In this document: one piece after another, positions 21,520 to 32,241 of the stretch
How the letters are laid out: the number at the start of each line of letters is the position of its first letter
Numbering within the stretch: position 1 is the first letter of the stretch
Made by a program: the position numbers and the translations under genes
Notes under the pieces: generated by a model
Databases searched by the model: none
Told to the model about the DNA's origin: nothing
What the model saw: only the letters and a program-made list of their open reading frames with translations
Source: Pseudomonadota bacterium
GTDB taxonomy: Bacteria; Pseudomonadota; Gammaproteobacteria; Burkholderiales; UBA11063
Assembly: GCA_021298175.1 (NCBI GenBank)
Contig: JAJTDW010000003.1
Location: 26,904 to 90,903, forward strand
Direction of reading: 5' to 3'
Length of the DNA: 64,000 nucleotides

Positions 21520-22269
21520 TTAAGAGTGTTTTTCAATCATCTCTTTAAGTAGACCAGATTCAATTTTGGTCATATTTTTAGACTGCAATAAATCAGGACG
21601 CCTTTGATAAGTACGCCATAAACTCATTTGCAATCTCCATAATTCTATTTGTCGATGATTTCCAGATAATAATACATCTGGAACATTTGTACCATTATAC
21701 TCTCGAGGTAAAGTATAATGTGGATAATCCAGTAAGTTGTTCATAAATGAATCTTGTACAGCTGATTCTTTATCATTTAATACACCAGGTAACTGGCGCA
21801 TAATTGAATCAATCAATAGCATTGCTGGCAATTCTCCACCAGAGACTACAAAATCCCCAATTGATAACTCCAAATCAATATTACGCTCTATAAAACGCTC
21901 ATCAACTCCCTCGTACCGTCCACATACAAATATTAAACCATCATGTAAAGCTAGTTCATTAACTAATTGTTGATTAACAACCTTACCTTGTGGTGACAAA
22001 TAGATCCGAAGCGGCGCAACAACACCATGTGTTTTTTGCTGCGAAGTAGCTTCTTTAATTGCTAACTCTAGGGGTTCTACCTTCATGACCATTCCTGGAC
22101 CTCCACCAAAAGCTTTATCATCAACTCTTTTGTATGGATCGTTAGTAAAATCTCTAGGGTTACTTGTATACAAAGCACAAATTTTATTGTCAAATGCCCG
22201 ACGAGTAACGCCAAACTTGGAAATACTCTCAAACATTTCGGGGAATATCGAAATTATATTAAATATCAA
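21520..22269 (-). CDS. trmD: tRNA m1G37 methyltransferase
   Basis: DDKAFGGGPGMVMK, CGRYEGVDER, SIGDFVVSGGE. Confidence 0.98.
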   Translation of the reverse strand: MIFNIISIFPEMFESISKFGVTRRAFDNKICALYTSNPRDFTNDPYKRVDDKAFGGGPGMVMKVEPLELAIKEATSQQKTHGVVAPLRIYLSPQGKVVNQQLVNELALHDGLIFVCGRYEGVDERFIERNIDLELSIGDFVVSGGELPAMLLIDSIMRQLPGVLNDKESAVQDSFMNNLLDYPHYTLPREYNGTNVPDVLLSGNHRQIELWRLQMSLWRTYQRRPDLLQSKNMTKIESGLLKEMIEKHS

Positions 22270-22802
22270 TAATCAAGTTCCCAATAAACTGTAATTTGTT
22301 TTTTTTCTAAATCAACATTTGCCACATAAACACCGATAAAAGGAATCAATCTTTCAGCAGTGTCATTTTTTACCACTAAAACAGAATTTGTGCCAGTTTC
22401 CATAAGGTCTATGACCTTACCTAGGTGTTCATTTTTGGAGTTGATTACCTCTAATCCAATTAAATCCACCCAGTAATATTCTCCATCATCAGTGGGCGGA
22501 AACTCATCACGCGGCACAGCTATAACTGTACCTTTTAGCATTAATGCTGCATCACGATCCGAAACACCATCAAACTTAGCATGAAAAATATCATTTTGCA
22601 CAAAGCTTTGTTCTACTGTGCGCAAAACCCATTTATTATTTATAAATAAATATAGTTTTTTATATTGATTTAGAGAATCATACTCGTGGGTATCTGTTTT
22701 AATTTTTACCCAACCTTTTATTCCAAATGCATTAACTACTCGCCCCATTGGGATTAGATTGTTTTCTGCTTCTGGTCTATTAAGCTGCTTGTTTTGCTGC
22801 AT
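22266..22802 (-). CDS. rimM: Ribosome maturation factor RimM
   Basis: GRVVNAFGIKGWVKI, EYYWVDLIG, LIPF. Confidence 0.95.
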   Translation of the reverse strand: MQQNKQLNRPEAENNLIPMGRVVNAFGIKGWVKIKTDTHEYDSLNQYKKLYLFINNKWVLRTVEQSFVQNDIFHAKFDGVSDRDAALMLKGTVIAVPRDEFPPTDDGEYYWVDLIGLEVINSKNEHLGKVIDLMETGTNSVLVVKNDTAERLIPFIGVYVANVDLEKKQITVYWELDY

Positions 22803-23034
22803 GTGTTTTTAGTAGTTTCTTTACTGCCGGTGATGTTTGTGCACCAACTGAAACCCAATGATTCAAACGTTCTGAATCAATTCTAAAAGATTCTGTATTT
22901 TCATTAGCAAGCGGATTATGGAATCCTATCTTTTCAATAAAACGCCCTTGTAGACGTGCACGTGAATCAGCAACAGCAATATAAAAGTAAGGACGATTGC
23001 GGTTACCACCACGAGCTAAACGAATAACTACCAT
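22780..23034 (-). CDS. rpsP: 30S ribosomal protein S16
   Basis: MVVIRLARGG...RP.F.I.VADSR...GRFIEKIG. Confidence 0.98.
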   Translation of the reverse strand: MVVIRLARGGNRNRPYFYIAVADSRARLQGRFIEKIGFHNPLANENTESFRIDSERLNHWVSVGAQTSPAVKKLLKTHAAKQAA

Positions 23035-23156
23035 TCATTTTTCCCTTATAGTTAATTAACAAATGACTATCCATATATCTAAATTAATTTAAACAATATA
23101 AATAGCCTAACCAGCGATTTTACCACAAAACATACCCGAATTTCCAGTAGATGTAT

Positions 23157-24023
23157 TTATTTTTTCAAAACAGTTGGTTTTAATAGCATTATTACATTAT
23201 AAAGTATTACCACAAATAAAATCCACTTCAAATAATATGCATTTACATTAGTAATTAGTGGAGCAGCCACAAAAACTCCAACTGTACCTGCAATCATTAA
23301 TATTAACGCACTTTTAAAATAAAACTTGCGTTTTAGGATAAATGGTACTGCAGTTGCTGGCATTTGAAATGCACTTGCTGTTGCCATAATAGGAAAAGCA
23401 ATAATTGGACTTGCACCAACAATAAATATAAATACTTGAACCAGTGAATAATACCCCACTCCAAAAGCAGGTAATAATCCAGAAATAAACATAAATCCTG
23501 CAAAAATTGCTAAACGATAACCAGTTAAACCATGACTAGTGCCATTAATAGGAAAAACTCCTAATTGGGATAACAATAAAATAATTCCAGTTAAAATAAA
23601 TGCTGCAAGCATAACCTTACGAATAAAATCACGGCTAACATTTACCGCCACGAAACCAGATAACATACCACCTAAAGTTATCATCACACAAGATACCATC
23701 AAAGTTAATATATCTACTTCAACAAACTGTAAAAAAATTAATGTTTGCGCTAAAGCCGTCACCATTGCTTGTAAGTTAAGAGTACCAATCAAACTTGCAT
23801 CATCAGGCATAATTCTAAAGATTCTACGTAAAGCAATTATACTTGCAAAACTTCCAATACCAAAAGTATCTCCAACATTAGCAATAAAGCCAGTAAAACC
23901 TGTTTTTAGCTTCAACTTATATGACGAATGTTCTGCATTGTTCTTACGATAAATAAAAAATAATAATAACACTAAAATTGCACAAATAATTGCTACTAAT
24001 TTGATAACTAATAGTACATTCAT
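23157..24023 (-). CDS. TauE/SafE family membrane exporter
   Basis: GFIANVGDTFGIGSFA, GTLN; hydrophobic throughout. Confidence 0.7.
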   Translation of the reverse strand: MNVLLVIKLVAIICAILVLLLFFIYRKNNAEHSSYKLKLKTGFTGFIANVGDTFGIGSFASIIALRRIFRIMPDDASLIGTLNLQAMVTALAQTLIFLQFVEVDILTLMVSCVMITLGGMLSGFVAVNVSRDFIRKVMLAAFILTGIILLLSQLGVFPINGTSHGLTGYRLAIFAGFMFISGLLPAFGVGYYSLVQVFIFIVGASPIIAFPIMATASAFQMPATAVPFILKRKFYFKSALILMIAGTVGVFVAAPLITNVNAYYLKWILFVVILYNVIMLLKPTVLKK

Positions 24024-24037
24024 AAAAACACCTATAA

Positions 24038-24066
24038 ATAAGCGCTATCTAATTGATAGCGCTTAT
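24038..24066 (-). terminator. Hairpin terminator after icd
   Basis: Perfect 12-bp stem ATAAGCGCTATC/GATAGCGCTTAT with 5-nt loop, 39 nt past the icd stop. Confidence 0.75.
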
Positions 24067-24105
24067 ATTGAAATTTAAAGATAATAAAATACATACTCGA
24101 AGTAT

Positions 24106-25329
24106 TTACATTCTTTCTATCATGGCACTGCCAAAACTAGAACAAGAAACTTCTTTTGCATGATCCATTAATCTAGCAAAATCATAAGTTACAAGTTTAT
24201 CTTTAATTGCGCCTTCCATACCTTTTATCACTAGATCAGCAGCTTCATCCCATCTCATATAACGTAGCATCATTTCTGCAGATAAAATTATTGAACCTGG
24301 GTTAACTTTATCTTGACCAGCATATTTAGGTGCAGTTCCATGAGTTGCTTCAAAAATTGCATAATCATCAGATAAATTTGCTCCAGGAGCAATACCAATC
24401 CCGCCCACTTGAGCAGCAAGAGCATCAGAAACATAATCTCCATTTAGATTAAGGGTTGCAATAACATCGTATTCAGCTGGACGCAATAAAATTTGTTGTA
24501 AAAAAGCATCCGCAATTACATCTTTAATTATAATACCATTTGGTAACTTTAACCATGGGCCACCATCTATTTCTACGCCGCCGAATTCTCTTTTAGCAAG
24601 CTCATAACCCCAAGTTCTAAAGCCACCTTCGGTAAACTTCATAATGTTACCTTTATGTACTAGGGTTACTGACTCACGATTATTATCTATCGCATACTGG
24701 ATTGCTCTACGTACCAATCGTTCTGTACCCTCGATAGAAACAGGCTTAATCCCAATAGATGAAGTTTCAGGAAAGCGAATTTTCTTAACCCCCATCTCAG
24801 TTTGTAAAAAATTAATCACTTTCTTACATTCTGGACTTTGTGCATCCCATTCAATTCCAGCATAAATATCTTCCGTATTTTCCCGAAATATTACCATATT
24901 AGTTAATTCTGGATTTTTTAACGGGCTTGGCACACCTTTAAAGTAACGCACTGGGCGAATACAAGTATATAAATCCAATTCTTGACGCAAAGCTACATTT
25001 AATGAACGTATTCCGCCGCCAACCGGGGTTCCCATAGGACCTTTTATAGCAATCTTATAGTCCTTGATTGTATTCATTGTTTCTGCTGGCAAGTATTGAT
25101 TCTCACCATAAACTTTTACTGCTTTTTCTCCTGCGTATACTTCCATCCAATGAATTTTTTTTGCACCATTATAAGCCTTAGCAACGGCAGCATCGATAAC
25201 TTTAATCATTACGGGAGAAATATCAACGCCAATACCATCACCTTCAATAAAGGGGATAATTGGGTTATTGGGAATATTTTTTATATCTGTAATTTGTTGA
25301 CCAGATGCAGGTACTTTAATATGTGACAT
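24106..25329 (-). CDS. icd: NADP-dependent isocitrate dehydrogenase
   Basis: [52 protein letters not shown]. Confidence 0.97.
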   Translation of the reverse strand: MSHIKVPASGQQITDIKNIPNNPIIPFIEGDGIGVDISPVMIKVIDAAVAKAYNGAKKIHWMEVYAGEKAVKVYGENQYLPAETMNTIKDYKIAIKGPMGTPVGGGIRSLNVALRQELDLYTCIRPVRYFKGVPSPLKNPELTNMVIFRENTEDIYAGIEWDAQSPECKKVINFLQTEMGVKKIRFPETSSIGIKPVSIEGTERLVRRAIQYAIDNNRESVTLVHKGNIMKFTEGGFRTWGYELAKREFGGVEIDGGPWLKLPNGIIIKDVIADAFLQQILLRPAEYDVIATLNLNGDYVSDALAAQVGGIGIAPGANLSDDYAIFEATHGTAPKYAGQDKVNPGSIILSAEMMLRYMRWDEAADLVIKGMEGAIKDKLVTYDFARLMDHAKEVSCSSFGSAMIERM

Positions 25330-25387
25330 TTATTTATTACCTTTAAAACTTTATAATAAGACAGAATTATAACATAATCAAGAATTA

Positions 25388-25771
25388 TTATCTGGATCCA
25401 TAATATAAAATTACTACCACTTGATCCTTATTAAATGTAGTCTCGGATGTGTCTGTTAAATTAACTTCTTCCGTTGATATTGAAATATTAGCGGTTGATT
25501 GTATCGCGGCTTTAATTTTATTAGCAAGCTTATATTTTTGGTTTGGATATATTATTTTTATAGCCTTTACTTTATTATCTTGCACCATAGCAATAATTTC
25601 TTTTACCCTAGATTTATCATATTGAGTAAAAAACATTGGTGACCAGCCACCTACTGTATTGATCGCTGATACTTTATTTGCTGACAGATTTGTAACATTA
25701 GACTTTATTGAATTATTTGCCCAAGCAAAATGTGCAAGTAAAGCGATTACTATAATTTTAAAAACTTTCAT
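25388..25771 (-). CDS. Small hypothetical exported protein
   Basis: 127 aa with signal peptide MKVFKIIVIALLAHFAWA; no family recognised. Confidence 0.65.
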   Translation of the reverse strand: MKVFKIIVIALLAHFAWANNSIKSNVTNLSANKVSAINTVGGWSPMFFTQYDKSRVKEIIAMVQDNKVKAIKIIYPNQKYKLANKIKAAIQSTANISISTEEVNLTDTSETTFNKDQVVVILYYGSR

Positions 25772-25892
25772 AGTATTGTTCCTTAAGTTTTTATTTAATT
25801 AAATATTGAACTTCATTTTAACATATTCACTTAAATATACCAATCATAACCATTGGGTAATTAGTTGCAATGATAAATATCCGATATACCTG

Positions 25893-26453
25893 TTAAAAGC
25901 TGGGGTAATCATCCACAAAAGCATTACACCCTTTAAGTCCATAATTAGTTAAAAATTGCGCATACAATTTGGCTTCTGTATGAAAACCATCATCTACTTT
26001 ATTCACTGTAGCAACAACAAATGGCTGATGATAAATTGCATTACAGTATTTAGCTGAGTACTCAAATGGTTTTAATAAATCAGATAAAGTAAATCCAACT
26101 TGATTAATGTATCTTTCTTTATCACTGCCAATTGTTATGCATAGCATAACGTCTTTTCCATGTAGTTTATCCCCATCTGGACCATAAGCAAAATTATAGC
26201 TAAACACTTCATCAATCCATTGCTTCATTAATGGAGTCGTATTAAACCAGTAAAATGGGAACTGTAATACTACTAAATCATGTTCAACAATAAGCTTTTG
26301 CTCTGCATTTATATTAATTTTACCATCTGGGTACTTGGTATATAAGTCTGAAACTGTCACATGTTCTAAAGTTTTAACTTGCTCAATTAACTTACGATTA
26401 ATCACTGAATCTTTATAATTGGGATGAGCTAAGACTACTAATATTTTTTTCAT
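25893..26453 (-). CDS. NAD(P)H-dependent oxidoreductase, flavodoxin-2 (KefF/YwrO) family
   Basis: KILVVLAHP, QFPFYWFNTTPLMKQWIDEV. Start taken at MKKILVV. Confidence 0.88.
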   Translation of the reverse strand: MKKILVVLAHPNYKDSVINRKLIEQVKTLEHVTVSDLYTKYPDGKININAEQKLIVEHDLVVLQFPFYWFNTTPLMKQWIDEVFSYNFAYGPDGDKLHGKDVMLCITIGSDKERYINQVGFTLSDLLKPFEYSAKYCNAIYHQPFVVATVNKVDDGFHTEAKLYAQFLTNYGLKGCNAFVDDYPSF

Positions 26454-26470
26454 TATTTTTTTCCTAAAAA

Positions 26471-27517
26471 TTATTTGCAAATGCCATTGACTGGGGCTTG
26501 GCGAATAAAAGTTTTTTGTTTAAAATCCAAACCATTTATAGCAAAAAGATCTGCTAAAGTGGTGTTTAGCTCGCTATATGTTATTTTTTGATTACCATTT
26601 TTTAATACATTAATATAATCAATTATTCTTAAATAAACTCTCGAAGAGTTATTCTTACTGTTAGTTACAATAAAATTGCTCACTGTTCCGTACACCGTAT
26701 CTGTTTTAATCTCCGGATAAATTCTAGTTAGACTCTGTAGATTTGATCTAAATATGCTAGTATTTTGGCAGGCATTCTTATTATTTGGAAGAATAACATC
26801 TGAGCTAGTATCCAGAAACCAACTCTGAACATTAGAATAACCATTTTTGTTATTTAACACATACTGTGTTATTTTACTTAATCTTGTAGCTGCGCTTAAT
26901 GATCCATTAATGACATTTAAACTTTCAAACTGAGGGCTTAAATATGTATTTGTGTGAGTAAAATACTCTCCGCTCTTACTAATCACCCTATAGGTAAAAT
27001 GACGCTTAGTATCACTATTGGAATCGCCGTAAGCCACTTCAACAATTAAAATACTATACCTATCAGATATTTGGTAAAAGTTTGGTGCAGCTGCGCTAAA
27101 TATATCGTTAATGTATGGAATGATTTCAGTTATCGTCGCAAAATTTTGCAAAACACCATATAGAACCATTCCCTCAGAATATCCAACTAGCGGTTGGTAG
27201 TATTTTCGGTTGTTGCTAGAATCATCAGGGAATACTGGGTCTTCTTCAATAATTGCTAATCCAAATTTATTAACACCCATTTTTACATCATTATCATGCA
27301 TAAGGGCATAAAACTCATTTTTATGCTTATACGGGTTATCGTACCATGATACAAACTGTTTTATTGGCTTAATTAATTCAAAAGTTTGCTTACCGTAAAC
27401 AGAATCACGATTTTTACCCATTATTACACTTGATTCTGTAATAACCCCAAAAGATGTACAAGCAAAAGCTATATTGGTTAAACACACAATAATACTTGCA
27501 ATTAAAAATTTAATCAT
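26471..27517 (-). CDS. Secreted Ntn-hydrolase-like protein (C45/C59-like)
   Basis: Signal peptide followed by CTSFG...MGKNRD, GVNKFGL, HTNTY: N-terminal Cys nucleophile pattern. Confidence 0.65.
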   Translation of the reverse strand: MIKFLIASIIVCLTNIAFACTSFGVITESSVIMGKNRDSVYGKQTFELIKPIKQFVSWYDNPYKHKNEFYALMHDNDVKMGVNKFGLAIIEEDPVFPDDSSNNRKYYQPLVGYSEGMVLYGVLQNFATITEIIPYINDIFSAAAPNFYQISDRYSILIVEVAYGDSNSDTKRHFTYRVISKSGEYFTHTNTYLSPQFESLNVINGSLSAATRLSKITQYVLNNKNGYSNVQSWFLDTSSDVILPNNKNACQNTSIFRSNLQSLTRIYPEIKTDTVYGTVSNFIVTNSKNNSSRVYLRIIDYINVLKNGNQKITYSELNTTLADLFAINGLDFKQKTFIRQAPVNGICK

Positions 27518-28709
27518 AAATACCCCAGTAATTGACTATGTTATCCCATATAACAGTAGCTAAATCTTTTTTTAACATTAGCTCTGTTACTTGTTGCTTA
27601 AGGTCTCTATCAATAATTGTTACTTGATTCATATCACTCCCAAAAACTCCTTGTGACACATCATTAATTACAACCATATCCAAATTTTTAGCGTGCAGTT
27701 TGTTTATACCATACTCAACAACGTTATTAGTCTCTGCAGCAAAGCCAACAACAAATAAACTCGGGTACATTTTTTTTATACTCGCAACAATATCTGGGTT
27801 TTGAGTTAACTCTAAAGATAAATCAGTTCCAGATTTTTTTACCTTTTGTGAACTAGCATTCTTTATTTTGTAATCACAGACCGCGGCACAACTAATAAAT
27901 ACATCGGCGTTCTTTGCATGTTTTTTTGCAGCCACAAACATTTCTTCGGCAGAACCCACAGAATAAACTTTATCTATATTAGATGTTGTATTAATACTCA
28001 TTTTACCACAAATCATGATAACATCTGCACCCATAAATGAGGCACACTCAGCTAAAGCATTCCCCATCTTCCCAGAGCTATGATTAGAAATATATCTAAC
28101 TGGATCAATTTGCTCAATTGTGCTACCAGCTGTAATAACAACTCGCTTTCCATATAAAAGTCTATGCCCATTTTGAGCAATTAATTCACGTAAGTTATTT
28201 AATATGTTTTCAACCTCTATCATGCGTCCTACATCAATATCACCACATGCCTGTAGACCATAAGTAGGCCCCCAGACCATAAAATCAAGATATTTTATGG
28301 TCTCTAAATTACTTTGAGTAATTGGGGCCTTCCACATTTGCTGATTCATAGCGGGTACTAAGATTTTTTTTGCGGCACTGGCTAAAATAGTTGCTGTTAA
28401 TAAATTATCTGAAAACCCATGTGCCAATTTAGCCAAAGTGTTAGCGCTTAAGGGAGCAACTAAAATATAATCTGCCCATTTAGCCAAGTTAATATGCTCC
28501 ATTATACTTGTATAACTATATTGATCCATTTTACTATCAATGTATACAGCTTCCGCCCCCATACTTGATAATGCTGTAGGAGTAACAAAACTCAAACCAT
28601 CCTGCGTTATAATTACTTTGCATTGATAGCCTAATTTTATAATTTGATGCACTAAATCCACTGATTTGACTGCCGCAATACTGCCTGTAATTCCAACCAA
28701 TACCTTCAT
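27510..28709 (-). CDS. coaBC: Bifunctional phosphopantothenoylcysteine decarboxylase/ligase
   Basis: GITGSIAA, APLSANTLAKLA.G, PAMN..MW, TAGST.EQIDPVRYISNHSSGKMG, GFAAET. Confidence 0.95.
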   Translation of the reverse strand: MKVLVGITGSIAAVKSVDLVHQIIKLGYQCKVIITQDGLSFVTPTALSSMGAEAVYIDSKMDQYSYTSIMEHINLAKWADYILVAPLSANTLAKLAHGFSDNLLTATILASAAKKILVPAMNQQMWKAPITQSNLETIKYLDFMVWGPTYGLQACGDIDVGRMIEVENILNNLRELIAQNGHRLLYGKRVVITAGSTIEQIDPVRYISNHSSGKMGNALAECASFMGADVIMICGKMSINTTSNIDKVYSVGSAEEMFVAAKKHAKNADVFISCAAVCDYKIKNASSQKVKKSGTDLSLELTQNPDIVASIKKMYPSLFVVGFAAETNNVVEYGINKLHAKNLDMVVINDVSQGVFGSDMNQVTIIDRDLKQQVTELMLKKDLATVIWDNIVNYWGIYD

Positions 28710-29953
28710 GATAAATCCTTACTTTCAATATATTCCATATTTTTTATATAGTTATTTGGGGTTCTAATCAGTGCTAGTAACACTAAAAACACAATACCCA
28801 CAACTGCAAAAATTACATGTATATGAAATGTTTTAGGTGCAACTAACCAAACACTAATAATTAAATTAAATCCAATACCACTTAATCTGCCAAAAGCAAA
28901 TAACGTATTTGATGCCGTACTACGTAAATTAGTCCCATAACTTTTAATCACTAATTGGATCCAAGCTGTAGGCAGCCCCCCCCCTAATAAACCAAGAACT
29001 ATTGCATACGGGAAAAACCATTTTCCATTAATTAGCCAAAACGTTGGCATAGCAACTAAAAAAATAAAAATATTTACCAAGATGAACACTCGATAATCTT
29101 TAAATTTACTAATTATGATATTACATGCTATGGTGCTAATCAAATTACCAATAAAAAAACCAGTAAGTAACACTCTGGTTAAATCACCTAAATCACCATC
29201 TAATTGCATAAACCTTGGATAAATAAACATTATGGTAATTAAGAAATTAAACGGCATTATCAATAATAATAATCGACAAAACTTAAATACACTAACCCAA
29301 TTATTAAATAATTCTAAGATATTACCTCTTGAAATATTGTCATTTAGTTTCAAAAACAAACCAGATTCAAAAATTTTCTTGCGAGCTATGAATATTATAA
29401 AACCAGCCACGCCACCAAATAGATACATGAATTTCCAGGAAATCGAACTAAAATAAGTTGCAGTCATTCCACCTAGGATGCCACAAAAATAAAGTAGTGA
29501 TGTATATTTAGAAGCAGATTTTGTAGGTAATAACTCATTAATTAAAACACTTGACGTTGCAAACTCAGCAGCTAACCCAGCCCCAGCCACAAAACGCAAA
29601 AACGTAAAAACTGCAATAGAATGAGTAAATATACTTAATATCATTGCTATTGAATATAATAATATACTATAGCGTATCATTGCTGTACGCCCTACCTTAT
29701 CCCCCAATACCCCAAAAAAAATTGCGCCGCAAAAAATACCTACAGTATAAAAACTAGATATTTTTAAATATAACTGTTGAGTATGTGAAATATCATAGAT
29801 ATTAAATGAGTCCCTAAATACATTAACATAACTTGCAGAAAATATAGTTAAGTCATAAAAATCAATAAAATAGCCAAAACACAATAGAATTAAAGTTAAA
29901 GTATACTTATTATTTTTATTAAAATTATCCGAAACAAAGGTGCCTGTTTGCAT
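28706..29953 (-). CDS. MFS transporter
   Basis: GYFIDFYDL, motif A GVLGDKVGR, RFVAGAGLAAE. Confidence 0.88.
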   Translation of the reverse strand: MQTGTFVSDNFNKNNKYTLTLILLCFGYFIDFYDLTIFSASYVNVFRDSFNIYDISHTQQLYLKISSFYTVGIFCGAIFFGVLGDKVGRTAMIRYSILLYSIAMILSIFTHSIAVFTFLRFVAGAGLAAEFATSSVLINELLPTKSASKYTSLLYFCGILGGMTATYFSSISWKFMYLFGGVAGFIIFIARKKIFESGLFLKLNDNISRGNILELFNNWVSVFKFCRLLLLIMPFNFLITIMFIYPRFMQLDGDLGDLTRVLLTGFFIGNLISTIACNIIISKFKDYRVFILVNIFIFLVAMPTFWLINGKWFFPYAIVLGLLGGGLPTAWIQLVIKSYGTNLRSTASNTLFAFGRLSGIGFNLIISVWLVAPKTFHIHVIFAVVGIVFLVLLALIRTPNNYIKNMEYIESKDLS

Positions 29954-30127
29954 AAAATCAAGTCCTTAAAATACTAGAGAAGCAGTCAAATATAAAATAC
30001 GTTGCTGTGTGCTATAAATTAAATAGTCGCACGCACTCGCTATTTTACATTTATCCTAAGCATATGGTCAACTTTAATATGTGATAAAATCTCGGATGGG
30101 ATAAAATAATATTTTTAGGATGTTTTT

Positions 30128-31291
30128 ATGAATTTACATGAATACCAAGCCAAAGAACTATTGGCGAAATACGGTTTAAGGGTACAAACAGGGATCCTAG
30201 CCCACAACGCATCAGAAGCTGGTGATGCTTTTGACCGCTTGGGTGGAAAATTTGCCGTAGTTAAAGCTCAAGTTCACGCTGGTGGCAGAGGTAAAGCAGG
30301 CGGAGTAAAAGTAGTTAAATCACGTGATGAAGCAATGAATGTTGCTAAAGAACTCATTGGCAAAAACTTAGTTACATATCAAACAGATGCACATGGTCAG
30401 CCCGTAAACTCAGTGTATGTGAGTGAGGATTTATATCCAGTTACCCGAGAATTATATTTAGGTGCGGTAGTTGATCGCTCTACTCGTAGGGTTACATTTA
30501 TGGCATCCACAGAAGGTGGGGTTGAGATTGAAAAAGTTGCAGAAGAGACTCCAGAGAAAATATTTAAGACTGTTGTAGACCCTCTAGTTGGATTATTACC
30601 TTGTCATGCGCGTGAGATTGGCTTTAAACTAGGATTAAATAATGACCAAATTGGTCAATTTGTAAAAACAATGACTGGAAGTTATAAGGCATTTATTGAA
30701 AATGATTTTGCATTATTTGAAATTAATCCATTAGCTATTCGTGAAAATGGCGATATTGTATGTGTTGATGCTAAGGTAAGTTTAGACTCTAATGCTTTAT
30801 ACCGCCATCCAAATTTACTAGCGCTACGTGATAAATCACAAGAAAATGAGCGCGAACTAAAAGCTTCTGAATTTGATTTAAATTATGTTGCACTTGAGGG
30901 AAATATTGGTTGTATGGTTAATGGGGCTGGTCTAGCTATGGCAACTATGGATATTATCAAGTTATATGGTGGGCAACCAGCAAACTTTCTTGATGTAGGA
31001 GGCGGAGCAACTAAAGAGCGTGTAATTGAAGCATTTAAAATCATACTGGCGGATCCAAGTGTTAAAGCAGTTTTAATAAATATATTTGGCGGAATCGTAC
31101 GTTGCGATATGATAGCTGAAGCAATTATTGCTGCAGTAAAAGAGGTTCATGTAAATGTACCAGTGGTTGTTAGACTCGAAGGTAACAATGCAGAGTTGGG
31201 AGCACAGATTTTAAAAGATTCTGGCTTAAAATTAATTCCAGCTGATGGCCTAGCGGATGCAGCCGAAAAAGTTGTAGCAACTTTAAAATAA
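30128..31291 (+). CDS. sucC: Succinyl-CoA synthetase beta subunit
   Basis: [43 protein letters not shown]. Confidence 0.98.
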   Translation: MNLHEYQAKELLAKYGLRVQTGILAHNASEAGDAFDRLGGKFAVVKAQVHAGGRGKAGGVKVVKSRDEAMNVAKELIGKNLVTYQTDAHGQPVNSVYVSEDLYPVTRELYLGAVVDRSTRRVTFMASTEGGVEIEKVAEETPEKIFKTVVDPLVGLLPCHAREIGFKLGLNNDQIGQFVKTMTGSYKAFIENDFALFEINPLAIRENGDIVCVDAKVSLDSNALYRHPNLLALRDKSQENERELKASEFDLNYVALEGNIGCMVNGAGLAMATMDIIKLYGGQPANFLDVGGGATKERVIEAFKIILADPSVKAVLINIFGGIVRCDMIAEAIIAAVKEVHVNVPVVVRLEGNNAELGAQILKDSGLKLIPADGLADAAEKVVATLK

Positions 31292-31302
31292 GGATTGAAT
31301 AA

Positions 31303-32181
31303 ATGAGTGTTTTAGTTAATAAAAATACAAAAGTCTTAGTTCAGGGATTTACTGGTAAAAACGGTACTTTTCATTCTGAACAAGCAATTGCATATGGAAC
31401 AAAAGTAGTTGGAGGGGTTACTCCAGGCAAAGGCGGCACAATACATCTAAACCTACCAGTATTTAATACTATGGCGGATGCTGTTAAAGAAACAAAAGCT
31501 ACCACATCAGTAATCTATGTGCCAGCTCCATTTGCGATGGATTCAATCATTGAAGCCGCAGATGCAGGCATAGAACTTATTGTATGTATTACTGAGGGTG
31601 TGCCAACATTAGACATGCTTAAAGTTAAACGTTACCTTGAAAGTATGGGGGCTAGGTTAATTGGACCTAACTGCCCAGGGATTATAACGCCTGGAGAGTG
31701 TAAAATTGGTATTATGCCTGGACATATTCATTTACCAGGTAAAATTGGTATTGTCTCTCGCTCTGGCACTCTTACTTATGAAGCAGTTGCACAAACTACT
31801 AAGCTGGGCTTAGGTCAGTCTACTTGTATTGGTATTGGCGGGGACCCTATTCCTGGAACATCACATATTGATGCTTTAAAATTATTTCAAGATGACCCCA
31901 AAACAGAAGCTATCATTATGATTGGTGAAATTGGCGGTACAGCTGAAGAAGAAGCCGCAGAATTTGTAAAATCTTATGTAACAAAACCAGTTGTTGGTTA
32001 TATTGCAGGAGTTACGGCACCTAAAGGCAAACGCATGGGACACGCTGGGGCTATAATTTCTGGTGGACAAGGAACTGCCGAAGAGAAATTTAAAGCTTTT
32101 GAAAAAGCTGGTATTGCGTATACTCGCTCTCCAGCAGAAATTGGTAAAACTATGTTTAATCTTTTAAACAGCAAAAAATAG
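31303..32181 (+). CDS. sucD: Succinyl-CoA synthetase alpha subunit
   Basis: [33 protein letters not shown]. Confidence 0.98.
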   Translation: MSVLVNKNTKVLVQGFTGKNGTFHSEQAIAYGTKVVGGVTPGKGGTIHLNLPVFNTMADAVKETKATTSVIYVPAPFAMDSIIEAADAGIELIVCITEGVPTLDMLKVKRYLESMGARLIGPNCPGIITPGECKIGIMPGHIHLPGKIGIVSRSGTLTYEAVAQTTKLGLGQSTCIGIGGDPIPGTSHIDALKLFQDDPKTEAIIMIGEIGGTAEEEAAEFVKSYVTKPVVGYIAGVTAPKGKRMGHAGAIISGGQGTAEEKFKAFEKAGIAYTRSPAEIGKTMFNLLNSKK

Positions 32182-32193
32182 TTGAATTTTAAT

Positions 32194-32222
32194 GATAGGT
32201 AGCTTAGGCTATCTATCTTTAT
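32194..32222 (+). terminator. Intrinsic terminator after sucD
   Basis: 10-bp stem GATAGGTAGC/GCTATCTATC (one G-U) followed by TTTAT. Confidence 0.75.
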
Positions 32223-32241
32223 TAATATAGGTCGGGTTATT

